A stretch of 64,000 bases of DNA from Synechococcales cyanobacterium VAR_4_metabat_354. GTDB lineage: Bacteria; Cyanobacteriota; Cyanobacteriia; Cyanobacteriales; Chamaesiphonaceae. Below, piece by piece: positions 1-9,916 of the stretch. How positions within the stretch are numbered: the first letter of the stretch is position 1; each line of letters starts with the position of its first letter. The notes beneath the pieces are model-generated. The model ran no database searches. It saw nothing but the letters and a program-made list of their open reading frames with translations, and was not told the DNA's origin. Both the position numbers and the translations under genes were made by a program. The stretch is from the NCBI GenBank assembly GCA_031414775.1, contig JANOQI010000033.1, forward strand, positions 1-64,000, written 5' to 3'.

Positions 1-137
1 AAAGATTTGACAGAAATCATCGACGGAACAAAAGAGTTCTTCTAAACTAGGCATAAGGCAATCCAGATTTTTGGTTGATTGGTACCTCCAGACTATCTGT
101 TTTGCCCCTTTTTTTCTTTCCTTATCCCGAACTCACG

Positions 138-2780
138 TTAATTAAAATCTCTTTTGCGAATGAGCGCCGCACGGGTTTCTTTCTCTAAAGTTTGCGGAAT
201 AAAATGTTCAGCAACCACTTCCTGGTAAAGCTTGTTAACTTTTTTACAAATGTGTTGAGCCGCAAATTCCTGATAATCGCTTTCTATAAAGTGGCGACGC
301 ATCTCGGCTCGTTTTTCAGGGGAATATTTTTCTTGAGCAGCAGCCATGCGCTCTGACGGGAACCAAGTACTGTGAATCATCAGCCCCAGATTGACATCAG
401 GGTGGCTCAAACGATAGATTGGCTTGTTTTTGAGGTCGTCAGCATGAAATATCCAAAATTCATCGCGAGCCAGATTTTGATGATCATCCGCTAAAACGGC
501 ACAGCACAGATAACCATGAATACTGGGGTCTAATCCATCCGGACAAGGCTCGGAGCTAGGAATAAATTGGGGAGCACGGACAAAATAGCCGATCGGGAAT
601 TCAAAGGAATCAACGATCGCCATCTGTTCAGTATCTAACCGGAGTAGGGTCATGGGTTTATCGCTATCGATCGCATCCATTGCTTCGATCGGTATCGTGC
701 GTACATTTCGATCTTTATAGGCTAAATAAATTCTTTTGGGCACCATTTCCCAGGAATGTCCCCAGGACATCCAGTACAAATTTTTGATAGTGGTGGATGC
801 TTCGGTAGCCTGCTCACGCTGTAAATTACGTGAGGTATTCACCGAAGGCGACCAAGTATTCCGGCCACCTTCTTCTTTTTTGGTACCTGGCTCACTCAAG
901 AAGGTGGATTTTAAAATGGTGCCAGTCTTGCCATCAATTTGGTAGCGTGCTAGGACATTCAGATCAACGGGGCTGGCCGACATGCCAATTAAGTCTTTCT
1001 TGTTTAGATTTTTGCGCTGATCGGGGAGATCCTCAATGATTAAGAGCTTTTGATATCGATCGATAAAATTGTAAATTATATTAGTAGTCGCGGCAGACTT
1101 ACCCCGAAGCAGAGGCTTTAAAAGATCGATAGTCTGGAAAAGTCTTTGATTAACCCACCGGTCTAGCTTTTGCCGACAACTTTTATCATTAACTGATTGA
1201 TCGAATTCTCCAATCCACTCGGTGACATCCCAACCAACATTGTGCGTGGCATTCAAGGTAATAACACCATCAGGGTTTTGGTAATCGACCACAAAATGAG
1301 CAACCTCCCGAGGGAGTGTAATCTTAGTAGCCATAATCTGGGGCGGTAATTTGAAAAAGCCCGGTCGATCGCTCAAGCCAGGCTGATATTTCTGTAAATC
1401 AGCACGCCGCACCAGATAAATATTGGCATGAGGTAAGGGCAACACCATCTTAAAAAATGTTGTGGATAGCCAGTTCCCGACGTGCAAGGAGTAAGAGGCT
1501 AGCTTGCTCAGAATCTTGTCCTTCTGCTGACACTGGCGGATTTTGGCCCGAATCTTGCCGAACCAAAAGGGGCCAAAAATTTGAGAGGTTTCTAACTCAA
1601 AGGCAATATCGCCCACTAAAATATAGTCTTCGGTTAAGGCCATTTGGTGAGCAGCCTGCTCCACAATCACCGGTTCATTGCCCGGTAAGTACAACCGCCA
1701 GCGATCCAAGGGCTTTCCCGGATGGTAGCGCACGATATCGGTAAAGCCACCGAAGGGGAACGTAAAAACCCGGCCTTGCTGACCAAAACTACTTAGCAAC
1801 CACTTCCGCAACCGACTAATCACATTTAACAGGGTCATGCCCTGAGAATAATTTACGGCGTAAAGGTTATTGTTATCGGGATGATGGGGTAGTAGCGAGT
1901 GATCGCAGACTGGGTGAGCATTGGTTGAATAAGGCTCAAAAATCTGCTGGAAGGGGCGAGGAATTAGAAAGTTGGGAATTAGTCCTAGCCATTCGTTAGC
2001 TCGACCCACGGCATCTAAAATTTCTAGTGAATCTGGGTCAATAATGGTGGGGCGGGCACCATCAAAGGTCACAATTAGCTGATCTTTGGTGACAACAAAA
2101 GCGGTGTTAGCCTGACTACGCGACCCCAGCAACAGGCTAGTGCGGACCATGCCACCATCTAAAAAAGGCCAGAAGCATTTACCATATTCTGGAATAATTT
2201 GAGTGGCTAAATCGGCATAGTAGCAAGGGGTTTTCATGAGCCGAGTTTTGAGGATCGGTTGGCCACCAAACAAACTCAGGCGATAGATCATGCCATCACC
2301 ATTAAAAATCATCCGGTCGCCTTGATTAAACTGCGCCCGGTTATCATCAATTCTGGGCGTGACTGGTGCCGCATGAAACACGTAGCCGGGAATATCCAGG
2401 GGGAATGTACAGGGTGCTAATAATTTATTTTTTAATCGCCGAGTTACGTCGCTGTCCTCAGAAATTTGAGCGATCCAATCTGTTTGATAGAGCTGTAATT
2501 CTGCGGTAGTAAAAGTGAGAAGAGTGCCCAGTAGGGGCTGTTTATCGAGTTTCGCACTCCCGAGATGCTGAAGCTTAATCGCTGCGGGAATGTAAGCAAT
2601 TTCTTCTGGATCGAAATAGAAGCAAATATCAACGTTGAGAACCTGATCATCGTGCTCCTGTCGTCTTTTCTTAATCGCTGCTATCCGTTGATCTGCTTGT
2701 TCGTCGGGAATGATCGTCTCGTTGATTGATTTGGGGATGAAAGGCGCTGGTGAGGACGTATCTGATTCTGTTGAGTGCAT
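138..2780 (-). CDS. Carotenoid oxygenase (RPE65/lignostilbene dioxygenase) family protein, unusually long
   Basis: FNGDGMIYRL and DGARP motifs plus four candidate Fe-ligand His motifs (TNAHP, AAHQM, VAHFV, MIHSTW). Start is either ATG 2780 or TTG 2813. Confidence 0.8.
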   Translation of the reverse strand: MHSTESDTSSPAPFIPKSINETIIPDEQADQRIAAIKKRRQEHDDQVLNVDICFYFDPEEIAYIPAAIKLQHLGSAKLDKQPLLGTLLTFTTAELQLYQTDWIAQISEDSDVTRRLKNKLLAPCTFPLDIPGYVFHAAPVTPRIDDNRAQFNQGDRMIFNGDGMIYRLSLFGGQPILKTRLMKTPCYYADLATQIIPEYGKCFWPFLDGGMVRTSLLLGSRSQANTAFVVTKDQLIVTFDGARPTIIDPDSLEILDAVGRANEWLGLIPNFLIPRPFQQIFEPYSTNAHPVCDHSLLPHHPDNNNLYAVNYSQGMTLLNVISRLRKWLLSSFGQQGRVFTFPFGGFTDIVRYHPGKPLDRWRLYLPGNEPVIVEQAAHQMALTEDYILVGDIAFELETSQIFGPFWFGKIRAKIRQCQQKDKILSKLASYSLHVGNWLSTTFFKMVLPLPHANIYLVRRADLQKYQPGLSDRPGFFKLPPQIMATKITLPREVAHFVVDYQNPDGVITLNATHNVGWDVTEWIGEFDQSVNDKSCRQKLDRWVNQRLFQTIDLLKPLLRGKSAATTNIIYNFIDRYQKLLIIEDLPDQRKNLNKKDLIGMSASPVDLNVLARYQIDGKTGTILKSTFLSEPGTKKEEGGRNTWSPSVNTSRNLQREQATEASTTIKNLYWMSWGHSWEMVPKRIYLAYKDRNVRTIPIEAMDAIDSDKPMTLLRLDTEQMAIVDSFEFPIGYFVRAPQFIPSSEPCPDGLDPSIHGYLCCAVLADDHQNLARDEFWIFHADDLKNKPIYRLSHPDVNLGLMIHSTWFPSERMAAAQEKYSPEKRAEMRRHFIESDYQEFAAQHICKKVNKLYQEVVAEHFIPQTLEKETRAALIRKRDFN

Positions 2781-2816
2781 AGTTGTAGTTAATAAAATGC
2801 TGATTTCAAACAAACC

Positions 2817-5800
2817 CTAATTTGCTAATCGTCCTTTATTTTTCCGGAAGTTAATTGGTAGCAACTTGTTATCTTCTTGATCTGAGGTAGTCGGGACTTC
2901 CACTGCCCCTAATTTTTTTAGGTTGTCTTTTTGAGCGAGAGTCAAACCTTGAACCGCTGTAATATTCATGTTTTCGTAAGGGCGAGCTACGCGCAGAGCT
3001 GTTTGAAATTCCCCGGTCTGTTCTTCCCAGAAATAGATCATTTCATCAGCACCAGCACTAACAATACTGCCATCGATCGGATTGATTGCGATATCCCACA
3101 CCCAATCAGTATGTTTATTCATAGACCGGAGGCATTCACCTGTGACCGCATCCCACACACATACTTTGTGATCGTTTCCGCTATTGACCAGCCAGCGCCC
3201 GCAGGGGCTATAGGTGAGTGCGAGCACCCAGCCACTCGGATAGTCAATATTTAGGATCATTTCATCTGTATGAAAATTCCAAACCTTGATGTGATTATCT
3301 TGACCGGCACTAGCAACCTGTTGGCCATCGGGATGGAAGGCAACAGCAATGACTCGATCGATATGACCAGTAAAAGTATAAATACACTGCTCTGTTTTCA
3401 CATTCCAGATTTTGGCTGTTTGATCCTCGCTCACGGTAGCTAAGTATTGACCACAAACACTAAACTCCAAGTCGAGCACCTTATCCTGATGACCGCTTAA
3501 ACAAGCTAGACATTCGTTACGCTCAGGGTGCCACAATCGAATAGTTTTGTCGCCACTAGCACTGGCCAACAGCTGGCCATTAGGACTAAAATCTACCGCT
3601 AAAATGCCATCGGTGTGACCACTCATAGTGCAGGCACAGACCGATGACTGGTCGGCGAGATTCCAAACTTTAATGGTTTTGTCATCACTACCACTAACTA
3701 CTAGGGGTAATGTGGGGTGAAAAGCTACGGCGCGCACTGGTTGATGATGACCGATTAATTCCTGGGTACATTTTTTACTGGCAATATTCCAAACCCGGAC
3801 AATATGATCGTTGTGTCCACTGATTAGTTGTTTCCCATCAGCTTGGAGATCGATCGATAGCACCCAGTTGAGCCACCCTTGAATCACCTGTAGACATTTT
3901 CCATCTTGAGCATCCCACAGCCGGATAGTTTGATCATCACTGCCAGTGGCTAATCGATCGCCTGCTGGATGATAGGCTACCGACCAAATCCGGTTAGTGT
4001 GTCCCTGAATAACTTGCTGACAAATACCGCTGTTGCTGTCCCACAGGCGAATCGTATGATCGTTGCCAGTACTAGCAATTTGTTGACCATCAGGACTGAA
4101 AACTGCCGACCAGATCCAGTCGGTATGACCAACCAAAACATGTTGGCAAGCACCAGTCGGCTGATCCCAAATCCGTACCGTGTGATCGAGAGCAGCGCTC
4201 AGAATTTTCTGGCCATCTGGACTAAACATCACCGAGAAAACCCAGGCTTGATGACCAATCATTTCGCGCAAACAATGGTACTGAGCCAGATCCCACAACC
4301 TTACGATATTATCAGCGCCGCTACTAACTAATTGCTGACCATCAGGACTAAAGTGGACACGGCAAGCCCACCCTTGATGAGCTAAGAACTCATGGTGGAG
4401 TTCCCACGTGGCCACATCCCAGATTTTGATGTAGCCATCGGCATGAGTGGTAGCTAACCGATGACCAGTAGGGCAAAAGCTAGCATACAAAGGAAAACTG
4501 TTGCTGTGAATAGTTTTTTGGGCTGTACCAGTTTGGACATCCCATATTTTAATAGTCAAGTCATCAGAAGTACTGATCAGCAGCTGACCATTGGGGCTGA
4601 AAGAAATTCCCCTGACCCAATTTTGGTGACCGGACAAAGTCTGAAGGCATTGACCATCCTGAAGTCGCCAAATTTGAATTTCGCCATTGGCATTACTAGC
4701 GGCAAGTAGTTCACCATCAGGACTAAAGGTAACGTTGAGAACAGCACTAAAGGGTTGGATAAAAAGACAATCTTGAAAAGTAGCACTACTAAAATCGGTA
4801 TTTTGTAAGGTACTCCCCACAAAATCGGCTTGCCAGATTGGCAATTGAGAGCAGTCTAAATATTGCCAGTCAGGTGCGAGGTTTTTTAGTAAGTTCAACA
4901 GATTACCAGGTGCATAGGCTGGAAATGGCTGGGATGTCTGCTGTAACTGGTGTAGTAAAGCGCGGATGGCCTGAATTGATAACTCCTTACTAATGCCCAA
5001 TTTTTGACTGAGTAGTTGCAAAATAGGCTGAAGAACTAGCCGGATTTGAGTTTGCCGAATATAGCTGGGGCTTTGACTCTTGAGCAATGCTGTATTACAC
5101 AAAATATTCGGCTGGGCAGTGATAATTTCGTCAGTAACTTGGGTAATAAAATGAGCAGTGATAAATTCCATGACGACTGGCTGAAGATACCAACCTGAGC
5201 TAGATTGCTCGATTAAGGAGCGCCTTTTCAAAGCTTGCATTGTAAGCAATAATTGGGGCAACTGCGTTAAGGTACCTGGATAAATATCCGCAGCTAGCGT
5301 ATCTAGTGGTACTGGTGATCGATTGATCATCAGCCAGTACATCACAAGTTTTTCTGGTGGTGATGTTCTTTCTAGTTGACGATGCAGCAGATCATTGATG
5401 TCCGTGAATTGTAATAAACTGGTGGATAAATAAGGTAGCAAAAAGCGTAACTCGCCACTCAACATTTCTTGAACGCCAGCAGCCACAATTTTGAGGGCGA
5501 GGGGATTGCCGCCGTAGTGTTGGAGAATAGTTGTGAGATCTTGATCATCTACTGCTGTAAATCCTTGATCGGCAAGAATAGATTGCCCTTCCGATAAGGT
5601 AATACCCAGTAAGGACAAAGTGCGCACTGGTGTCAGGGCTCCGATGCCGAGAGCCACTTCTTTTGGTTGCTCGCGACTGGTCAGCATCACGCAGCTTTGA
5701 TGACTAATTTCTGCTAATTTTTTTAGTAAATCTTGATATTTTTCATAACCGGTTAAGTAAGTACCAACAGCGGTGCCTTGTTGAAAAATAGACTCCATGT

Positions 5801-6446
5801 TGTCCAAAATTACTAGACAGCGCTGCTGTTGCAATAAATGCAATAGTTCGGAGATTTGAGCTGGAATATCTGGTAGTGGTCTAGCGATCGGTTGGGGTGA
5901 TAAATTTTGAATGAGATCGGCTAGTAAGTCGGGCAGCAGCGGCGCATTGAGTAATGATCGCCAAATTAAGCGGTCGAAAGAGGTTTGATGTTGCTGGGCA
6001 AATTTGACGACTAGGGAGGTTTTGCCCATCCCACCCATCCCTAAAACGGCTACCAGGCGACAGCGGTCTGCCATCACCCAACTGGTCAGAGTTTCTAATT
6101 CGGTGGTGCGTCCATAAAAGGTGGAGATATCGATCGCACCACCCCAATCTTGGCGTTTCCCTGAAGCTGTTTTATTAGAGCTTTGCCATTTTTGATAGTG
6201 CTGCGATAAAACGGCTTTCAAATTCTGTTTTTTTACTGGCTCGCCCAATGATTTGCTTAGGAGCTGCCACAGCTGTGAACCAACATCTTTGATATAGCCA
6301 TAGTCATAGTCACAAGCATTAGCAATTTGTCCGTAAGAGCGACCAGACCAAGACTGTCTCAGGACTAATTCTTCAACCGTCCTTAGTTGAGAATTTCCGA
6401 TAACCTGCTTCGTAAAATTAAAGGCTTCTTCTTCCGTTATCTGCAC
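2817..6446 (-). CDS. HTH + NB-ARC STAND NTPase + pentapeptide linker + WD40 repeats
   Basis: N-terminal HTH-like region (SWSGRSYGQIA), DWG..D...FYGR, Walker A GMGGMGKT, Walker B LVILDNME, TSRE, GNPLAL, then many GH...WD repeats. Confidence 0.92.
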   Translation of the reverse strand: MQITEEEAFNFTKQVIGNSQLRTVEELVLRQSWSGRSYGQIANACDYDYGYIKDVGSQLWQLLSKSLGEPVKKQNLKAVLSQHYQKWQSSNKTASGKRQDWGGAIDISTFYGRTTELETLTSWVMADRCRLVAVLGMGGMGKTSLVVKFAQQHQTSFDRLIWRSLLNAPLLPDLLADLIQNLSPQPIARPLPDIPAQISELLHLLQQQRCLVILDNMESIFQQGTAVGTYLTGYEKYQDLLKKLAEISHQSCVMLTSREQPKEVALGIGALTPVRTLSLLGITLSEGQSILADQGFTAVDDQDLTTILQHYGGNPLALKIVAAGVQEMLSGELRFLLPYLSTSLLQFTDINDLLHRQLERTSPPEKLVMYWLMINRSPVPLDTLAADIYPGTLTQLPQLLLTMQALKRRSLIEQSSSGWYLQPVVMEFITAHFITQVTDEIITAQPNILCNTALLKSQSPSYIRQTQIRLVLQPILQLLSQKLGISKELSIQAIRALLHQLQQTSQPFPAYAPGNLLNLLKNLAPDWQYLDCSQLPIWQADFVGSTLQNTDFSSATFQDCLFIQPFSAVLNVTFSPDGELLAASNANGEIQIWRLQDGQCLQTLSGHQNWVRGISFSPNGQLLISTSDDLTIKIWDVQTGTAQKTIHSNSFPLYASFCPTGHRLATTHADGYIKIWDVATWELHHEFLAHQGWACRVHFSPDGQQLVSSGADNIVRLWDLAQYHCLREMIGHQAWVFSVMFSPDGQKILSAALDHTVRIWDQPTGACQHVLVGHTDWIWSAVFSPDGQQIASTGNDHTIRLWDSNSGICQQVIQGHTNRIWSVAYHPAGDRLATGSDDQTIRLWDAQDGKCLQVIQGWLNWVLSIDLQADGKQLISGHNDHIVRVWNIASKKCTQELIGHHQPVRAVAFHPTLPLVVSGSDDKTIKVWNLADQSSVCACTMSGHTDGILAVDFSPNGQLLASASGDKTIRLWHPERNECLACLSGHQDKVLDLEFSVCGQYLATVSEDQTAKIWNVKTEQCIYTFTGHIDRVIAVAFHPDGQQVASAGQDNHIKVWNFHTDEMILNIDYPSGWVLALTYSPCGRWLVNSGNDHKVCVWDAVTGECLRSMNKHTDWVWDIAINPIDGSIVSAGADEMIYFWEEQTGEFQTALRVARPYENMNITAVQGLTLAQKDNLKKLGAVEVPTTSDQEDNKLLPINFRKNKGRLAN

Positions 6447-6711
6447 TTTTAGTTTTTACCTATTCTAGTCTTTCTGCATGAAATAAAAATAATACATTAT
6501 GTAATTTTGAGTTCGCCATTTCAAAAAATGGTTAGAAAATTTCGCAAAGGTTTGGGCAAAGCCAATATTTAGGTAGTTAGTAGCTGATGAAATCATTTTT
6601 TGATGATTATTTTAGCTAATTACCTCGCTATTCTAACACCAGAATTCTATGACAACAGCAGAAAATCAATGCCGGAAGAGGCATTATGTCTCCTCTATTT
6701 ACAACTAGTGA

Positions 6712-6741
6712 TCCGACTTTTTTTCTGACCTTTTTCAGACC
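6712..6741. promoter_or_regulatory. Three phased TCNGAC direct repeats separated by T-tracts; candidate operator
   Basis: TCCGAC at 6712, TCTGAC at 6724, TCAGAC at 6735 (spacing 12 and 11 bp) in the divergent intergenic region between two HTH-NB-ARC genes. Confidence 0.45.
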
Positions 6742-6886
6742 AGCAAATTAATTATTTCAATAGTAATGTTTGTAGGTAGGTAAAACACCACGGTGTCGAA
6801 TCATCAATTGTATTTAACTTGCTAGGTAAATTGTGCAGCTCTCAACTACGGAGAACTGATTGCTATTCATCGCTGAACCACATCCC

Positions 6887-8578
6887 ATGACTTACTCCAA
6901 TAATTCTTCTCAGGCGCTAACTTCTCATGGTCAAGAGCTGCTGGCGATTATTGATCAACTTCTACCAGAAGGTAATCCGGGCGGTCAACTGAGTGATACG
7001 CAATCGATCGTTCTCTGCCATACCTGGGACGGTCGATCGTATCAACAAATTGCTGACCACTTTGGCTATCAAGTAGATTACATTCGCCAGATTGCTTCTC
7101 ATTTGTGGCGGGTATTATCGACAGCAATCGGTGAAAAAGTCTCTAAAAAAAATTTACGCTCTGTCCTGCGTCGTTATCAATTGCGTCATTCTGTCATTAT
7201 TAATGACTCCGAAATCGAGCTAAACACTGGCAGCCAAGATTGGGGTGAGGCGATCGATGTTTCAATTTTTTATGGTCGTCAATCAGAACTAACCAAATTA
7301 GAACAGTGGATTGCTTGGAATCGTTGTCGGTTGGTCAGTATCCATGGTTTGGGGGGGATGGGGAAGACCACCTTTGCTATTAAACTAGCCCAGAAGCTGG
7401 AGTCACAGTTTGACTACATCATTTGGCGTAGTTTGAAATCCGCTCCCTTACCAGAAGTTCTGTATGCCGATATATTGACAGTTTTGTTGGATCGCAATTT
7501 GGCTGATGATCAAACGCCGTCGATATCCTTGTTGATGCAACAGCTCCAGCAAAAACGCTGCCTGCTCATCTTAGACAATGTAGACTCAATTCTCCAAGCT
7601 GGCGATCAGGCTGGTCAATGCCTCCCCGGTTACGAAGCCTATCATCAACTATTGGAGAAAATTGCTACGATCAACCATCAAAGCTGCTTACTCATTACCT
7701 CCCGTGAACAACCACAGATCTTAGAACAGTCGGGTGGTGAGCATTTGCCCGTGCGATCGATCGCCTTAAAGGGTTTGTCTTACGCTGCTGGCCAACAGAT
7801 ATTGGTCGATAAAGGCTGGATGGCCAATATTGTCGAGCAAGACACCCTCATTCAGCACTTTGATGGCAATCCCTTAATGCTAAAAATTGCGGCCACCAAA
7901 ATCCAAAATCTTTTTGGTGGTGATCTATCCCAGTTCTTGGTGTATGGCCACACTGTTTTTGGTGATTTATGGAATTTATTCGATCAGCAATTTCAAAGAT
8001 TGTCACCTTTGCAGCGCTCCCTGATGTATTGGTTAGCTATAAATCGAGGCCGTGGCCAGATCCGGATTCTGCAAGCTGAAACTCAGGTGCCGATGCGGAA
8101 GATTTTTGAGGCGCTGGAGGCTCTCCATCAACGTTCTTTGATTACATCGAATCAGACTGGCCTTACGCAGCCGCCCGCTGTGATGGAATATGTCACTGGG
8201 CAATTGATGGAAGTAATAGCCCAGGAAATTATCAGCGGTGATTTGCACTATTGCCGTTCCCATCGACTGCTCTCGGCCAAGATTACTCAAGACATTTATG
8301 ATATTCAACTAGCGCCCAGTGTTTTCGCCAAAGAAACACACCGAATGCTCAGAATATTAGTTGAGCACTTGCGGGCGGCATTAGGCATTAAGTCTAATCT
8401 GGAACAGCATTTTAGTAACTTATTAGAACAGCTGCGGGGGACAGATTGTCAGCAAATAGACTATGGGATTAGCAATATTCTGAATATTTGCTCCTACCTA
8501 GGTATTGATTGTGCTGGCATGAATCCGTCACAATTAATTGTCCAACCAGTGGATATGAAGTTAGTGCATTTAAACTAA
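6887..8578 (+). CDS. HTH + NB-ARC STAND NTPase lacking C-terminal WD40 repeats
   Basis: TWDGRSYQQIA HTH, DWGEAIDVSIFYGR, GLGGMGKT, LILDNVD, TSRE, GNPLML. The ORF ends where its paralog begins the pentapeptide/WD40 region. ATG 6887 preferred over TTG 6860. Confidence 0.88.
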   Translation: MTYSNNSSQALTSHGQELLAIIDQLLPEGNPGGQLSDTQSIVLCHTWDGRSYQQIADHFGYQVDYIRQIASHLWRVLSTAIGEKVSKKNLRSVLRRYQLRHSVIINDSEIELNTGSQDWGEAIDVSIFYGRQSELTKLEQWIAWNRCRLVSIHGLGGMGKTTFAIKLAQKLESQFDYIIWRSLKSAPLPEVLYADILTVLLDRNLADDQTPSISLLMQQLQQKRCLLILDNVDSILQAGDQAGQCLPGYEAYHQLLEKIATINHQSCLLITSREQPQILEQSGGEHLPVRSIALKGLSYAAGQQILVDKGWMANIVEQDTLIQHFDGNPLMLKIAATKIQNLFGGDLSQFLVYGHTVFGDLWNLFDQQFQRLSPLQRSLMYWLAINRGRGQIRILQAETQVPMRKIFEALEALHQRSLITSNQTGLTQPPAVMEYVTGQLMEVIAQEIISGDLHYCRSHRLLSAKITQDIYDIQLAPSVFAKETHRMLRILVEHLRAALGIKSNLEQHFSNLLEQLRGTDCQQIDYGISNILNICSYLGIDCAGMNPSQLIVQPVDMKLVHLN

Positions 8579-8624
8579 TAAAAACAGCGATAAATAGCCA
8601 TAGATAAAGTAGTCAAAAGAATCT

Positions 8625-9200
8625 CTAAAATCGACAGTTATTGGCCACCGCTGTAGATAACATGCTGCTATAAACCTTATTGTCAATTTCAGTAGCCCCA
8701 AATCTGGCTAAGTGCGGGTTTTGCATCTGGGCATCAAACAACGTAAACCTGCGCTGGCGCAGATGCTCCACCAGCATCACCATCGCGACCTTCGATCCTT
8801 CCGGAATATTGAAAAACATCGATTCTCCAATAAAAGCCCCGCCGATCACAATCCCCAAAATCCCGCCCGCCAGCTGATCTCCTTGCCAAGTCTCAAAACT
8901 ATGCGCCCAGCCATTGCGGTGCAATAAATGATATAGCTCCTTTAGCTCGTCCGAAATCCATGTGGTAGCTCGATCGGCACAACCCTCCACCACCGCAGTA
9001 AAATCTCGATCGATCGCCGCCGTAAAGCGCTGTTGATTAATTACCCGTTGCAACGATTTCGGATAACGAAAGCCCCCATCTAAGGGGATAATTGCCCGGC
9101 GGTTGCTAGAATACCACTGCAAGCCCTGCTCTTCTGCCATCAGGAAATAGCCAGCCGCATAGTTCGAAATAATGTCATTAACTGGATTCATCATAGCCAC
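8625..9200 (-). CDS. aat: Leucyl/phenylalanyl-tRNA--protein transferase
   Basis: YAAGYFLMA, TTWI, GWAHSFETW, GGAFIGESMF, SKVA, FDAQMQNPHL motifs. Confidence 0.95.
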   Translation of the reverse strand: MAMMNPVNDIISNYAAGYFLMAEEQGLQWYSSNRRAIIPLDGGFRYPKSLQRVINQQRFTAAIDRDFTAVVEGCADRATTWISDELKELYHLLHRNGWAHSFETWQGDQLAGGILGIVIGGAFIGESMFFNIPEGSKVAMVMLVEHLRQRRFTLFDAQMQNPHLARFGATEIDNKVYSSMLSTAVANNCRF

Positions 9201-9203
9201 AAA

Positions 9204-9226
9204 AATCCCGCTGTCATAAGCGGGAG
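9204..9226 (-). terminator. Possible intrinsic terminator hairpin after the anti-sigma gene
   Basis: tcccgct-N6-agcggga stem followed by a T-run on the minus strand. Confidence 0.45.
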
Positions 9227-9261
9227 AGAAGTTGGTAGCACCCGACTAAAAATCTCGATGC

Positions 9262-9804
9262 TTAAATATCGTCGCTATAGTCCAAAGCGTCAAACAATCC
9301 TAAGTCATTGTCTTCAGCTATCTTCGCTGGTTTCTGACTCTGGGGAATCTTAACGATCGAATTATTTAAAGCCACCATCATCGGAGCTGGATTAGGAATT
9401 ATTTCCAGTTTAGCCAACCCTGTTGTCGGCAGAGAAAGCTTTGCCAACTGCGGTACAACATTGCCAGAGCCATTCCAAATACCACTAAAACCACTACCCA
9501 CCGCTACTAAGGCGGCGGCAATTGCTCCACCACCAATCTTCAACCATTTAGACTGACGACGTTCTAAAATTTTGGCGAATACCTGGTCTGCTAATATATT
9601 CACAGGTACGACAGCTTCCGCTGTTGGTAAATGACCCACAGCTCGCTGCATACCTTGCATTCTTTGGTATTGAGCTTTGAATACTGCATCATTCTGGAGC
9701 CAGTTTTCTACCTGCTGGCGCTCATTAGCCGTCACCTCACCATCGAGGTACGCGCTCATTAATTCAAATTTATCGATATTGGCAATTTCGGCATGATCTG
9801 ACAT
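9262..9804 (-). CDS. Transmembrane anti-sigma factor (partner of SigG)
   Basis: FELMSAYLDGEVT anti-sigma motif, one TM segment, directly downstream of an ECF sigma gene. Confidence 0.85.
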   Translation of the reverse strand: MSDHAEIANIDKFELMSAYLDGEVTANERQQVENWLQNDAVFKAQYQRMQGMQRAVGHLPTAEAVVPVNILADQVFAKILERRQSKWLKIGGGAIAAALVAVGSGFSGIWNGSGNVVPQLAKLSLPTTGLAKLEIIPNPAPMMVALNNSIVKIPQSQKPAKIAEDNDLGLFDALDYSDDI

Positions 9805-9916
9805 GGCTTTATCTCCGGGCTACCTGAAACTCTAACGAAAAAATATTACTACTCGATTTCCATTATGAACACTAACTAATTAAAAGTTAACTATTAATAA
9901 TTAACTTAGCAAGTGA

